64,000 nt of DNA from a virus (IMGVR_UViG_3300025316_000011:1-64000); one strand, 5' to 3'; positions 1 to 9,152 are shown, counted from the stretch's first letter. Program-made: numbers and translations. Notes: generated by a model not told the origin, from the sequence alone.

Positions 1-125
1 GATGTATTCTTAAAAAAAAGTAACAAGTCTTACCAGCTTTAAAAAAAAAGAAATAAAGAACAAACATAAAGGCGGCGGCAATTTTTTCCCGCCACGAAAT
101 TTCAACCATCCAAACCCACCGAGCC

Positions 126-332
126 ATGAATGTAAAGAAAGTAACCGTAACGATTGTCAACTATGATGAAATTCAGGTAAAGGACAAAAAGGAGTTATAC
201 TCATTAAGACGGGGCATAATCAATGCTTTTAAAACATTTTCTCCCGTCAATTCAGACGTATCAGTGTTTATAGAGACTGAACCTAAGAGTAAGAACCAAT
301 TAACACCAAACAAAGATGATCGGCAACATTGA
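126..332 (+). CDS. hypothetical protein
   Basis: 68-aa ORF with ATG start, first of a tightly packed + strand series. Confidence 0.6.
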   Translation: MNVKKVTVTIVNYDEIQVKDKKELYSLRRGIINAFKTFSPVNSDVSVFIETEPKSKNQLTPNKDDRQH

Positions 333-462
333 ATGGATTGACGAAACGCACACCCGCTGCTTATTCGTTGAATGCCCTGACGGGGCATGGGAATTGTCGG
401 AACCCATTGAAACGACACTTACGGATGATTGGTCGGAAGAACTTTTGTCCATACAAATTTAA
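316..462 (+). CDS. small acidic hypothetical protein (48 aa, MIGNIEWIDETH...LLSIQI)
   Basis: Translated by hand (below ORF-track cutoff); fills the gap between neighbouring ORFs better than the 329..568 ORF. Confidence 0.45.
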   Translation: MIGNIEWIDETHTRCLFVECPDGAWELSEPIETTLTDDWSEELLSIQI

Positions 463-488
463 AACACTTAACCTTAAAAACTTTAAAA

Positions 489-701
489 ATGGGAACATCA
501 ACATTAATATTTATCTCAATATCAATATATTATATAACGTCATTAGCCATTTTAATAATTCATTATAATGAAAAGTTAAAATTGTTGAGATGGGACAGGG
601 ACTTTTGGCGGAATATTGCCATGAAGATTGATAAAGACCATGTAGATCAGATACATAAACTCGTAAAAGAAATAAACGAACTTGAAAAAAACCAAAAATG
701 A
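489..701 (+). CDS. small membrane-anchored protein
   Basis: Within ORF 429..701; ATG at 489 gives an N-terminal hydrophobic helix (TLIFISISIYYITSLAILII) and a coiled-coil-like C-terminus; ATGA overlap with the next gene. Confidence 0.55.
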   Translation: MGTSTLIFISISIYYITSLAILIIHYNEKLKLLRWDRDFWRNIAMKIDKDHVDQIHKLVKEINELEKNQK

Positions 702-907
702 ATCGAACTGATAAAATAATTGACCAGGTAGAGACGGAGACAGGGCTTCACCTCACCAACGACAAAATGCTGAAGGACTTTGTTGTTAAAGTTATCGAGA
801 AGGCTGCATGGGAAAGGCACATATCCATCGTCAGGGCTTATTTCCGTGAATCAGCGGACAGCGCAGAAAAGTCAAAGCTTAACAAATGGCTAAACGAGGA
901 GGTATAA
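698..907 (+). CDS. hypothetical protein
   Basis: 69-aa ORF coupled to the upstream gene. Confidence 0.65.
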   Translation: MNRTDKIIDQVETETGLHLTNDKMLKDFVVKVIEKAAWERHISIVRAYFRESADSAEKSKLNKWLNEEV

Positions 908-910
908 GAC

Positions 911-1228
911 ATGGAAGACAATAAAGACATAACCATATCCACCATTCAGGTTAATCTCAGGCACACAAGGGGAAAGACCGTTCAGATCGGTCGCAGGATT
1001 CCTGAATCAGACCTTAACTCATACCGGAAGCTGATTGAAGAAACGCTAACCGGAGTTGGACTTGACGTTGAATGCGTAGCCATAACCTATGATGATATTC
1101 CAGAAGGTCAAAAAATGGTTCCGGTTCCCATCGCGGACCCGCCAAAGCAAGTTAAAAAACCCATTGAGGACAACACCACGGAAGAAGAAATAGAACCTTT
1201 CATTTCCCGTAAGCCTAACATGAAGTAA
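911..1228 (+). CDS. hypothetical protein
   Basis: 105-aa ORF in operon context. Confidence 0.7.
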   Translation: MEDNKDITISTIQVNLRHTRGKTVQIGRRIPESDLNSYRKLIEETLTGVGLDVECVAITYDDIPEGQKMVPVPIADPPKQVKKPIEDNTTEEEIEPFISRKPNMK

Positions 1229-1265
1229 CACTTTAAGTAAAACACATAAGTAACACAGAACCAGT

Positions 1266-1460
1266 ATGACAGTAAACGTTAAACACCTACTTTCAGGATT
1301 AGAAAAACACCAATTTGACCATCCAACAGTGAAGAAAATCGTTGATTTAATGCTTGACGAGTACGACAGAACCTCCGTTGGGGTGAGAAATATACGCTGG
1401 GTGGAAGAAACATACGAAGTTAAACTACTCAACAGAAACAACCAAATAATTAGATTGTAG
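1266..1460 (+). CDS. hypothetical protein
   Basis: 64-aa ORF in operon context. Confidence 0.6.
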   Translation: MTVNVKHLLSGLEKHQFDHPTVKKIVDLMLDEYDRTSVGVRNIRWVEETYEVKLLNRNNQIIRL

Positions 1461-1486
1461 TTTTGTACGACTATTTTGTATGTTTG
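1454..1486 (+). promoter_or_regulatory. Bacteroidota sigma70-type promoter
   Basis: aTTG (1454-1457), 21-nt spacer, TATGTTTG (1479-1486); matches TTTG-N19-21-TAnnTTTG. Confidence 0.5.
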
Positions 1487-1572
1487 TAAATATTGTTAAT
1501 TACTATATGAATAAAGGCTTGCATGAGAATATATAATATTGTAATATTGCAAAACCAAAACGAAAAACACCA

Positions 1573-1785
1573 ATGACAAAGAAAGAAAACAGTAAGAAAA
1601 AGGCTACGTTGACAGTCAGCGTAGATCAGCAGTTGTATGATGCCCTACATGAAGCAAGGTGGGAGCAAAAGACTAATCTAAGTAATCTGGTGGAGGCTAT
1701 GATTATTGATTCAGGAACCCGCCTTGACCCGCCAATTCCCTATTGTGTCGAAAAGTATAATAAGGCAAGGAAGGCGGGAAAATAA
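1573..1785 (+). CDS. ribbon-helix-helix-like DNA-binding protein
   Basis: KATLTVSVDQQLYDAL...NLSNLVEAMI fits the beta-alpha-alpha RHH/CopG pattern. Confidence 0.6.
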   Translation: MTKKENSKKKATLTVSVDQQLYDALHEARWEQKTNLSNLVEAMIIDSGTRLDPPIPYCVEKYNKARKAGK

Positions 1786-1819
1786 CTTTTAATTATTCAC
1801 ATTTTAAAAACCAAACATT

Positions 1820-2041
1820 ATGAAATTCAAAGTATTAAAGGTTAAGGCTACCGAAGGTCTGTATGGTGTACTTGAGGACATTGAAGAAGGATCAGAAATA
1901 TTTCAAAACGAAGTACCTCAATTATTTGGTAAGGATGCCGAGATGGAGGATTTAAAATTAATACTAAAGAACACCATTGCATTAGGGCAACTTTCTGATT
2001 ATGATTTAATAACTGTTGAACTTACGGAGGTTGATAAATGA
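1820..2041 (+). CDS. hypothetical protein
   Basis: 73-aa acidic ORF. Confidence 0.7.
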   Translation: MKFKVLKVKATEGLYGVLEDIEEGSEIFQNEVPQLFGKDAEMEDLKLILKNTIALGQLSDYDLITVELTEVDK

Positions 2042-2226
2042 AAGTTGAATGGACAAAGGTAAGTGAAGCCATGCCAAAGGTTCCCGGTCAATACCTTTGT
2101 AGAGACGGGAACGGTAAAGAGTTTATTGATTTCTTAGTTTTCAATTTCAGTAGCACCGCCTTAGTATGGCTTTCGGATAAATCAACGGGACATCCCACAG
2201 TAGTTGAATGGAAAGAAAAAATCTAA
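2038..2226 (+). CDS. DUF551-like small phage protein
   Basis: W-x-K-V-S-E-x-M-P...YL...V-x-x-W pattern. Confidence 0.6.
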   Translation: MKVEWTKVSEAMPKVPGQYLCRDGNGKEFIDFLVFNFSSTALVWLSDKSTGHPTVVEWKEKI

Positions 2227-2241
2227 AAACAAAAGAACTAT

Positions 2242-4431
2242 ATGAATGACACATATCAGAATTTTTTAAATTCAAAACAGAAAAAACATATCCTAAGTGG
2301 ATTTGAAGTTACAGATTCAGAGTTAAGAAATTCATTATTCGACTTTCAAAAGTTTATTGTAAAGAGAGCAATTAAAGCAGGCAAGTATGCTATTTTCGCT
2401 GATTGTGGGCTTGGAAAAACAATTATGCAACTGGAATGGTCACGTATTGTTTCACTACACACAAGTAAACCTGTATTGATATTGGCACCATTGGCTGTTT
2501 CGGGGCAAACCATTAACGAGGGAAAAAAATTCCACATTGACATTGTAAGATATACAGGAGGGAATGACCCTATTCAGATTACAAATTACGAGCAAATTGA
2601 AAATATTGATTGCTCTATATTTTCCGGTATTGTGTTGGATGAAAGTTCAATCCTTAAAAACTTTGAAGGTGCGACAAAGAAATTAATTTTAGACATATTC
2701 AAAGACACTCCCTACAAATTAGCATGCACAGCAACACCATCACCAAACGACCCTATGGAATTAGGTAATCATTCAGAGTTTTTAGACGTTATGGGGCGCA
2801 ATGAAATGTTGGCAATGTACTTTGTTCATGACGGGGGTGAAACCGCCAAATGGAGACTAAAGGGCCATGCCGTTAAAATGTTCTACCAGTTTGTTGGGTC
2901 ATGGTCAATAATGCTTAATAAACCGGAGGATATTGGTTTTAAAATGCCAGGTTACGACCTCCCCGAATTGATATTAATTGAAAAAATGATTGAAACTCCC
3001 AAAAAGGATAACGGCCAGCTTTTCAACGATGCCATAATATCTGCAACAAATTTCAATCAGGAATTAAGAGAAACTAAAGATATAAGATTGGCATTAGTTG
3101 CTAAAATAGTAAACAATTCAGACGACAATTTTATAATTTGGATAAAACACAACGACGAGGGGGATATTCTAAAATCATTGATTCCAGGTTCCGTTGAGGT
3201 AAAAGGTTCTGATTCAAATGAATGGAAATCTTCAAAACTACTCGGATTTGGTCAAAATGAGTTTAGGGTATTGATAAGCAAAACAAAAATAGCTTCATTC
3301 GGAATGAACTATCAAAACTGTCATAATCAGGTATTTGCTTCATTGGATTTTTCATTTGAGGGATTGTATCAGGCTATGAGACGATCATACAGATTTGGTC
3401 AAAATCATCCGGTAAATATTTATCTGATTACAACAGATACGATGGCTAATGTTAAAACATCAATAGATCATAAACAGAAACAATTTGAAATCATGCAAAA
3501 AGAAATGAGTGATGCTGTTAATGCAAATTTAACAGGAAAGTCTTTATCAGTCGGGGACTTCGATATAACCGAAGAAAAGAACGATAACTACTGGATTAAA
3601 AGGGGTGATTGCATTCAATTAATCAGGGAAGTCGAAAACGAAAGTATTGGTTTTTCCGTATTTTCCCCTCCATTTGCACAGCTTTATACATATTCCAGCC
3701 ATGTAGAGGATATGGGAAACGTAACCGATTATGATGAATTTGTTACCCAATTCTCGTTTCTTATTAAAGAACTTCACAGGGTAATGATGCAAGGCCGTAA
3801 TGTGGCGGTTCATTGTATGGATTTACCAATTCAAAAAGGTAAGGATGGATTCATAGGCCTTAGAGACTTTTCAGGAATGATACTTCGTTCATTCGAGGAT
3901 GCTGGATTTATTTATGCAAGCAGGGTGACAATATGGAAAGATCCCGTAGTTGAAATGCAAAGGACAAAAGCACTTGGGCTCCTTCATAAACAGATAAAGA
4001 AAGATAGCACAATGTCAAGGGTGGGAATCCCTGACTATGTATTGATATTCAGAAAAGACGGAGATCGTGTTAGTCCTGTCACCAATGTTGATTTGCCTGT
4101 TGATTTGTGGCAGAAATACGCATCTCCTGTATGGATGGATATTAACTACGGGGATACATTACAGGGATATAGAAATGGCAGGGATGAAAAGGATGAAAAA
4201 CATATATGCCCACTTCAATTACAGACTATTGAAAGGTTAATTCACCTTTATACGAATAAGGGAGATACTGTCCTTACCCCATTTATGGGAATAGGATCGG
4301 AAGTATTTCAATCTGTAAAAATGAATCGTAAAGGAATTGGATTTGAACTGAAAGAAAGTTATTATGATGTGGCAAAAAAGAATATTGCAGATTTATTACT
4401 TACTAAAAATCAAATAAGTATATCTATGTGA
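2242..4431 (+). CDS. SNF2-like helicase fused to an N4/N6 DNA methyltransferase
   Basis: Helicase motifs ADCGLGKT, LDESS, TATP, RRSYRFGQ; MTase catalytic motif SPPF precedes SAM-binding TPFMGIGS (beta-class order). Confidence 0.9.
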   Translation: MNDTYQNFLNSKQKKHILSGFEVTDSELRNSLFDFQKFIVKRAIKAGKYAIFADCGLGKTIMQLEWSRIVSLHTSKPVLILAPLAVSGQTINEGKKFHIDIVRYTGGNDPIQITNYEQIENIDCSIFSGIVLDESSILKNFEGATKKLILDIFKDTPYKLACTATPSPNDPMELGNHSEFLDVMGRNEMLAMYFVHDGGETAKWRLKGHAVKMFYQFVGSWSIMLNKPEDIGFKMPGYDLPELILIEKMIETPKKDNGQLFNDAIISATNFNQELRETKDIRLALVAKIVNNSDDNFIIWIKHNDEGDILKSLIPGSVEVKGSDSNEWKSSKLLGFGQNEFRVLISKTKIASFGMNYQNCHNQVFASLDFSFEGLYQAMRRSYRFGQNHPVNIYLITTDTMANVKTSIDHKQKQFEIMQKEMSDAVNANLTGKSLSVGDFDITEEKNDNYWIKRGDCIQLIREVENESIGFSVFSPPFAQLYTYSSHVEDMGNVTDYDEFVTQFSFLIKELHRVMMQGRNVAVHCMDLPIQKGKDGFIGLRDFSGMILRSFEDAGFIYASRVTIWKDPVVEMQRTKALGLLHKQIKKDSTMSRVGIPDYVLIFRKDGDRVSPVTNVDLPVDLWQKYASPVWMDINYGDTLQGYRNGRDEKDEKHICPLQLQTIERLIHLYTNKGDTVLTPFMGIGSEVFQSVKMNRKGIGFELKESYYDVAKKNIADLLLTKNQISISM

Positions 4432-4560
4432 ACTACCCACCCACGCCAAAGGCGATGGGATGGGATTCAGAAGTCAACACTCCTCGTAACCGAGGCAGTT
4501 CGTCCTGATTTTTAAGAGTGTGTTCCACACTCAATTTATCTTTAAGAGCAAATGATTTAA
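4408..4560 (-). ncRNA. putative TnpB omega/reRNA (scaffold over the tnpB 3' end plus flank-derived guide); 5' boundary approximate
   Basis: Established TnpB architecture; hairpins visible at 4437-4466 and CCTCG-taac-CGAGG near 4482; guide would be ATAGATATACTTATTTGATT. Confidence 0.6.
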
Positions 4561-5737
4561 TATTTATGGAAGCATTTTTATCTCTATCAAGAACAGAATT
4601 ACACTTAGGACAAGTCCATTTACGGTCTTTTAAAGTTAGTTCTTTGTTGATAGTTCCACAACCAGAACAAGTCTTTGATGATGGCGAAAAACGTCCTATT
4701 CTAAGAATGTTTTTACCATACCAATCAGCCTTATATTCTAACATAGATACAAAGGTAGACCAACTTACATCACTAATTGCTTGTGCTAAGTTATGGTTTT
4801 TTACCATATTACTTACTGCCAATGTTTCAAGTGCTATCGTTTGGTTCTCACGAATTAGTTTAGTTGAAACTTTATGCAGAAAATCTTTGCGTTTATTTAC
4901 TACTTTTTCATGTAGTAAGGCAATACGTTGTTTTGTTCTATTGCCTTTGTTTTTTGAATATTTACGTTGTACATATTTTAATTTTGATTGTGCTTTGCGT
5001 AAGTTCTTTGGATTTTCAATTTCTAAACCATCAGAAGTTACTAAAAAAGTTTTGATACCTAAATCAATACCAATAGTAGTGCTTTCGGCTATCGGTGCTT
5101 TAATGGGCATTTCAATATTAGTATCAACTAATATTGAAACAAAGTATTTACCAGTTGGCGTAACGCTTATTGTGGCACTTTTAATTGTTCCTTTGATTGG
5201 TCTATGCAAAACAATGTCAATTCCTTCTTTGAATTTAGGAATTACAAGTTTATTGTCATCTACTAATACATTTTGTGGAATAGAAAAAGATTGTTTACCA
5301 CGATGTTTAGATTTGAATTTAGGAAAACCAGCACCTTTAAAAAACTTCTTAAAAGCAATATCCATATTTTGGATTGACTGCTGTAAAGATTGGCTGTTGA
5401 CTTCTTTTAACCACTCACATTCTTTTTTAAGTTCGGGGAGTTGTTTAATTAAGTCAAAAGGAGAAAAGTTATGTTTAGAACCTAAATACGCTGTATTCTT
5501 TGTTTCTAATGCAAGATTATACACAAAACGGCTACTACCAATATGCTTGGCAATAAGCTCCTTTTGTGGTTCACTTGGATATAGACGATATTTAAACGCT
5601 TTAAACATATCACACAGATACAATATTATTTTGACAAACCAATATATTTGTCTAAATTTACAAAATGTAAGTGTTAAAGGAGTCGCTTACATCCCATCCA
5701 CGCTAAAAAGCGATGAATTGGTTTTACGGCACGTTTT
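4428..5737 (-). mobile_element. tnpB-only (non-autonomous) IS200/IS605-family element, 1310 bp
   Basis: Similar subterminal hairpins at both ends (CCCACCCACGCCAAAGGCGATGGG near 4437; CCCATCCACGCTAAAAAGCGATG near 5693); - strand right end ...GTAGTTCAC; TTTAT immediately upstream of the left end; removing the element restores ATA TAA at the end of the MTase gene; no tnpA. Confidence 0.85.
4433..5608 (-). CDS. tnpB: RNA-guided endonuclease TnpB
   Basis: N-terminal AFKYRLYP; RuvC-I IGIDLG, RuvC-II IALETL, zinc finger CSGC/CPKC, RuvC-III DRDKNASINI; catalytic residues appear intact. Confidence 0.95.
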   Translation of the reverse strand: MFKAFKYRLYPSEPQKELIAKHIGSSRFVYNLALETKNTAYLGSKHNFSPFDLIKQLPELKKECEWLKEVNSQSLQQSIQNMDIAFKKFFKGAGFPKFKSKHRGKQSFSIPQNVLVDDNKLVIPKFKEGIDIVLHRPIKGTIKSATISVTPTGKYFVSILVDTNIEMPIKAPIAESTTIGIDLGIKTFLVTSDGLEIENPKNLRKAQSKLKYVQRKYSKNKGNRTKQRIALLHEKVVNKRKDFLHKVSTKLIRENQTIALETLAVSNMVKNHNLAQAISDVSWSTFVSMLEYKADWYGKNILRIGRFSPSSKTCSGCGTINKELTLKDRKWTCPKCNSVLDRDKNASINIKSFALKDKLSVEHTLKNQDELPRLRGVLTSESHPIAFGVGG

Positions 5738-5754
5738 ATAAAATCTAACCCAAT

Positions 5755-6366
5755 ATGAAAATAACAGAAAAGATATTTAATGTGGTAATGAATGAGTACC
5801 AGCATTATGAATTTAATGAGATGGAACTTGTAATGATTCACGATGCCATTGCCAGAGGTATAAGATCAGGTTGGATGGAGAGAAGTAACACATCGAAGGA
5901 ACCAACGTCAATTACCCTTGAATCCATTGTCTGTAACGCATGGATGGATGCTGAACTCCCCGCCACGGAACCCGAAAAACCCGTTTCCCCTGATCAGATG
6001 GAACATAGGCCAATATCATTCCGGCTAACAGACAAAGAAGTTAAACAGATACTTCAAGTAGGACACGACAACAAAGTGAAAACCAATACCGTAGTAAACG
6101 ATAACTCCCCTAATCTGGCGGCACTTATACCTATAACAAAAAGAGACTTCTTCTTTCGTATAAACCAACCCGATCATCTTTGTGAACCTCAAACCATAGA
6201 ACTTAAAAGACTATGGAAAATGGGTAACTCAACTGCCATTAAGAACATCACAGGATTAGACTTCTCCGACGAATGGACCGACGAAACCCATACGCAAGTT
6301 AAAGTTACTCCAAAGGAATTTCATAACCCATCCAAGAAACACTTACACGGGGAGGATACAAAATGA
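5755..6366 (+). CDS. hypothetical protein
   Basis: 203-aa ORF resuming the operon after the IS. Confidence 0.7.
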   Translation: MKITEKIFNVVMNEYQHYEFNEMELVMIHDAIARGIRSGWMERSNTSKEPTSITLESIVCNAWMDAELPATEPEKPVSPDQMEHRPISFRLTDKEVKQILQVGHDNKVKTNTVVNDNSPNLAALIPITKRDFFFRINQPDHLCEPQTIELKRLWKMGNSTAIKNITGLDFSDEWTDETHTQVKVTPKEFHNPSKKHLHGEDTK

Positions 6367-6683
6367 CACAACAAAGACTCACTGAATTATTTGCCGAATT
6401 TACCCAGCAGCAGGCATATATATTGACCAAGAAGAATACAGATTATGCCAACACCGACGCGCTGAGTAATTTCAAATCTGTGGCTTGTATCTTAAACACT
6501 ACTCCGGAGCTCGTAACCGCGAATCTTATCGGGGTTAAACTTGCCCGCCTGGGCGTATTGCTTAACTCTGATAAAAGTCCTGTGAATGAGTCTGTATTAG
6601 ACTCCATCCTGGACCTTGCTAACTACGCATTCCTGTTACATTGCTGCGTTATTGATACCCATCCCCAACCCACCAACGTATGA
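6363..6683 (+). CDS. DUF1599/nucleotide-modification-associated all-alpha (MazG-like) protein
   Basis: KKNTDY...NF...KLARL...ESVLDSILDLANYA pattern. Confidence 0.7.
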   Translation: MTQQRLTELFAEFTQQQAYILTKKNTDYANTDALSNFKSVACILNTTPELVTANLIGVKLARLGVLLNSDKSPVNESVLDSILDLANYAFLLHCCVIDTHPQPTNV

Positions 6684-7018
6684 AGGTAAAAGTTTACATA
6701 GCCTCGCCATTGGCCATAGGAGACAAGGAGCAAAACGTCCGAAATTCATTCGAAATGGGTAACAAGATTATCGACATGGGAGCAAACCCATACTGCCCAC
6801 TGTATAACTATTTCCTGGATGCAGAAAAGCCCAGGGATGGAGAGTTTTGGCTCCAACTTGATTTTGACTGGCTACGAGCGTGCGACGTAGTGCTACGGAT
6901 GCCGGGAGAATCGGTAGGAGCCGACATGGAGACCGCACTGGCCAATGAGATTGGTATCCCTGTTGTTTACTCTATTGAACAACTGGCTGAATATTTTGGC
7001 CTTATCGAACAGTATTAA
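6680..7018 (+). CDS. nucleoside 2-deoxyribosyltransferase-like (DUF4406-type) protein
   Basis: KVYIASP...PYCP...DFDWLRACDVVLRMPGESVGADME...GIPV. Confidence 0.75.
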   Translation: MKVKVYIASPLAIGDKEQNVRNSFEMGNKIIDMGANPYCPLYNYFLDAEKPRDGEFWLQLDFDWLRACDVVLRMPGESVGADMETALANEIGIPVVYSIEQLAEYFGLIEQY

Positions 7019-7031
7019 TGGACATGGGGAT

Positions 7032-7277
7032 ATGGCGAAATTGGCAAAACCGAAGAAACCAGAACCAATAGAGATACCCGCAATAATGATTTTATGCTGG
7101 AATGAACGGGAACTCATTAACATCTCAAAGTCAATAGATAAAAAAGAGGTAATACTATCCCCCTGCGGGGAAGAAACTATAAAGACCATCCACGAACACC
7201 TGATGAAAAACCATTTCATTGAAACAGAAAATGGGTACATGCACATATCGGAAGTGCTTAAACCCTTAAAACCATAA
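7032..7277 (+). CDS. hypothetical protein
   Basis: Part of ORF 6945..7277; ATG at 7032 follows the previous stop. Confidence 0.6.
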   Translation: MAKLAKPKKPEPIEIPAIMILCWNERELINISKSIDKKEVILSPCGEETIKTIHEHLMKNHFIETENGYMHISEVLKPLKP

Positions 7278-7445
7278 CCCCGCGGGACTTACCCAATCAA
7301 TTAATCTAACATACAACATTTAAAAACCGATAAAACAGTAGGTACATAAAAATATCAAACACCAGACTATATAACCAATTAGGCATTTTCCTATAACACT
7401 TTTATTGTATGATTATCACAAACATTAAAAAACACACATACAACA

Positions 7446-7658
7446 CTACCGTATGCTCCTCCTACCACTCTTTATCCGTATAGGGTTCCTATATACATCC
7501 CCAAGATAAGTCCTCACTACATCGCCCGCAATGAACCTCCTGCTCAAAGTAGCTACACATATCCCTACCAACTTCGCACACGCCTTCTTGTCTGTTACCA
7601 CATAAGACAAATCACCAACTATAACTAAATACGGTTCACGCTTCTCTTTCTTTTCCAT
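7446..7658 (-). CDS. small HTH-like DNA-binding protein
   Basis: KKACAKLVGICVATLSRRF helix-turn-helix pattern; has its own promoter. Confidence 0.6.
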   Translation of the reverse strand: MEKKEKREPYLVIVGDLSYVVTDKKACAKLVGICVATLSRRFIAGDVVRTYLGDVYRNPIRIKSGRRSIR

Positions 7659-7679
7659 TTGTATGTGTTTGTATGAGTA

Positions 7680-7711
7680 CAAAGTTAACATTTACCCCAA
7701 CGCAAGTCAAT
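7680..7711 (-). promoter_or_regulatory. Bacteroidota sigma70-type promoter
   Basis: - strand aTTG, 20-nt spacer, TAACTTTG. Confidence 0.65.
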
Positions 7712-7914
7712 ATCTACTCTAAGATACCAACCACCACGCAACCAATTAAACAATCACTTCATGTAACCACTACAACACTATTATAATCAATGCGTTACAC
7801 ATACCACCAGTAACCAATTCCCCTGCTATTTCACAACCAATAACCCTATGTGCTATGGTCAATCCTCACCGATCTCCCCTACCTATGCCGCAACGCAAAC
7901 GGCTTTCGCCGTTC

Positions 7915-8101
7915 CCGTTTTCCGGTTTGCGCTGCTGGCTTTTTTCCCCGAAAAGAATGCTTTTTTTACCGGCGGCGCGGGTCACATGCTGCCTGTTGCG
8001 CTGCCTGTTGGTTTCTGTAACTCGTTAGTTAGAAACGTGTTAGGTGGGGGCTTAACGTTTAGCGGTTAATGTTGGGGCTGCCTGGCGGCAGCGGAAAACG
8101 G
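7915..8101. other. GC-rich non-coding island bounded by a 10-bp inverted repeat
   Basis: CCGTTTTCCG (7915-7924) and CGGAAAACGG (8092-8101); internal GCTGCCTG repeats. Confidence 0.5.
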
Positions 8102-8109
8102 CAATAAGT

Positions 8110-8397
8110 TTATTTCCTGGGGAGCCCGTAAATATAATGTTTATCGAATCCATTGTGTTTGATGTTAATGTATAGTAGCCAGGATATTAGTATAGATGTT
8201 GTATAGATAGAGTTCTTATTACCTTTGTTGTGGAGTATAGTTTTGTACAACTGATACTGGTAAACTTTTAGTGTCCGCTGAATTAGGGTAATAGGGAAAT
8301 TGAACAGGTGGCCGTAACGCTGATCAAAATATTCTTTTACCTCTATTGTGTAACTATCCAAGTCTTTTAAGTTATCTATCTCTGGTAATTGTTTCAT
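8110..8397 (-). CDS. hypothetical protein
   Basis: 95-aa ORF with TATCTTTG (- strand, 8423-8430) upstream. Confidence 0.55.
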   Translation of the reverse strand: MKQLPEIDNLKDLDSYTIEVKEYFDQRYGHLFNFPITLIQRTLKVYQYQLYKTILHNKGNKNSIYTTSILISWLLYINIKHNGFDKHYIYGLPRK

Positions 8398-8482
8398 AAT
8401 GATATTATTTTTTTAGTTGATACAAAGATAGTGAGGTATTAAGTTTGTCCCGTCGATTCAGGGAAAAAAGATTTTCACCGGC

Positions 8483-8522
8483 ACAGGTATTTTTACCTGT
8501 TTTACATTGATATATATCAATG
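8483..8522. promoter_or_regulatory. two adjacent palindromes in a divergent promoter region (operator candidates)
   Basis: ACAGGTA-tttt-TACCTGT (8483-8500) and perfect 18-bp CATTGATATATATCAATG (8505-8522). Confidence 0.5.
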
Positions 8523-8593
8523 GATTGATTGATATAGACCGGATAATTTACGTATATATATCATTGATAATCAAAGTTAATTACCCCTATACT

Positions 8594-8627
8594 TTTGTCG
8601 GGATCGTATGTAATTGTATTATCTTTG
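8594..8627 (+). promoter_or_regulatory. Bacteroidota sigma70-type promoter for the early gene cluster
   Basis: TTTG (8594-8597), 22-nt spacer, TATCTTTG (8620-8627). Confidence 0.6.
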
Positions 8628-8680
8628 TATTGAAGAACGTAAACAAAGTAAATTATTAACCACACTAAATTTTTGGTCCC

Positions 8681-8914
8681 ATGAAAACGCGTAACATTGT
8701 CCACATGACAACCTGGTTAAACTCCGGGAATATCATAACTGAAATTTTGGCAACAGCCCGCAATCGTAGGGTTATTTTCCATTATGCCAATCCAGACGGA
8801 ATAGGCAATGATCCCGGGGCCCTGAGAGTATATAAGTTACTCACCAGGAAAAACAGCCGCTTTACTGTTAAGACGATCACCGGAGTATGTAACACTTATT
8901 CAATTAAACACTAA
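8681..8914 (+). CDS. hypothetical early protein
   Basis: 77-aa ORF downstream of the promoter. Confidence 0.6.
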   Translation: MKTRNIVHMTTWLNSGNIITEILATARNRRVIFHYANPDGIGNDPGALRVYKLLTRKNSRFTVKTITGVCNTYSIKH

Positions 8915-8963
8915 TCCCGTCAGTTTATCCAAATCTAAATTTTAACCTATAAATTTTTGAACC

Positions 8964-9152
8964 ATGAAAAGCCAAAAAATAACTTATAACACTGAATTTA
9001 TATCCGGTGAATATCGGATCGTAAAATATGACAACGGGAGGAAGATACGGGAAATATGGGCAGGCCCGCGGGATATTTGCCTAAATGGTTGCAGTAACTT
9101 AAATTTAGCCGAAAAGCTATACAACGAAAACAAATTTATTAGGATGAAATAA
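8964..9152 (+). CDS. hypothetical early protein
   Basis: 62-aa ORF with AT-rich leader. Confidence 0.6.
   Translation: MKSQKITYNTEFISGEYRIVKYDNGRKIREIWAGPRDICLNGCSNLNLAEKLYNENKFIRMK

Noticed and set aside
7848-8069. 73-aa ORF across the GC-rich island
   Set aside because: Atypical composition, no phage-like leader, and openness explained by high GC
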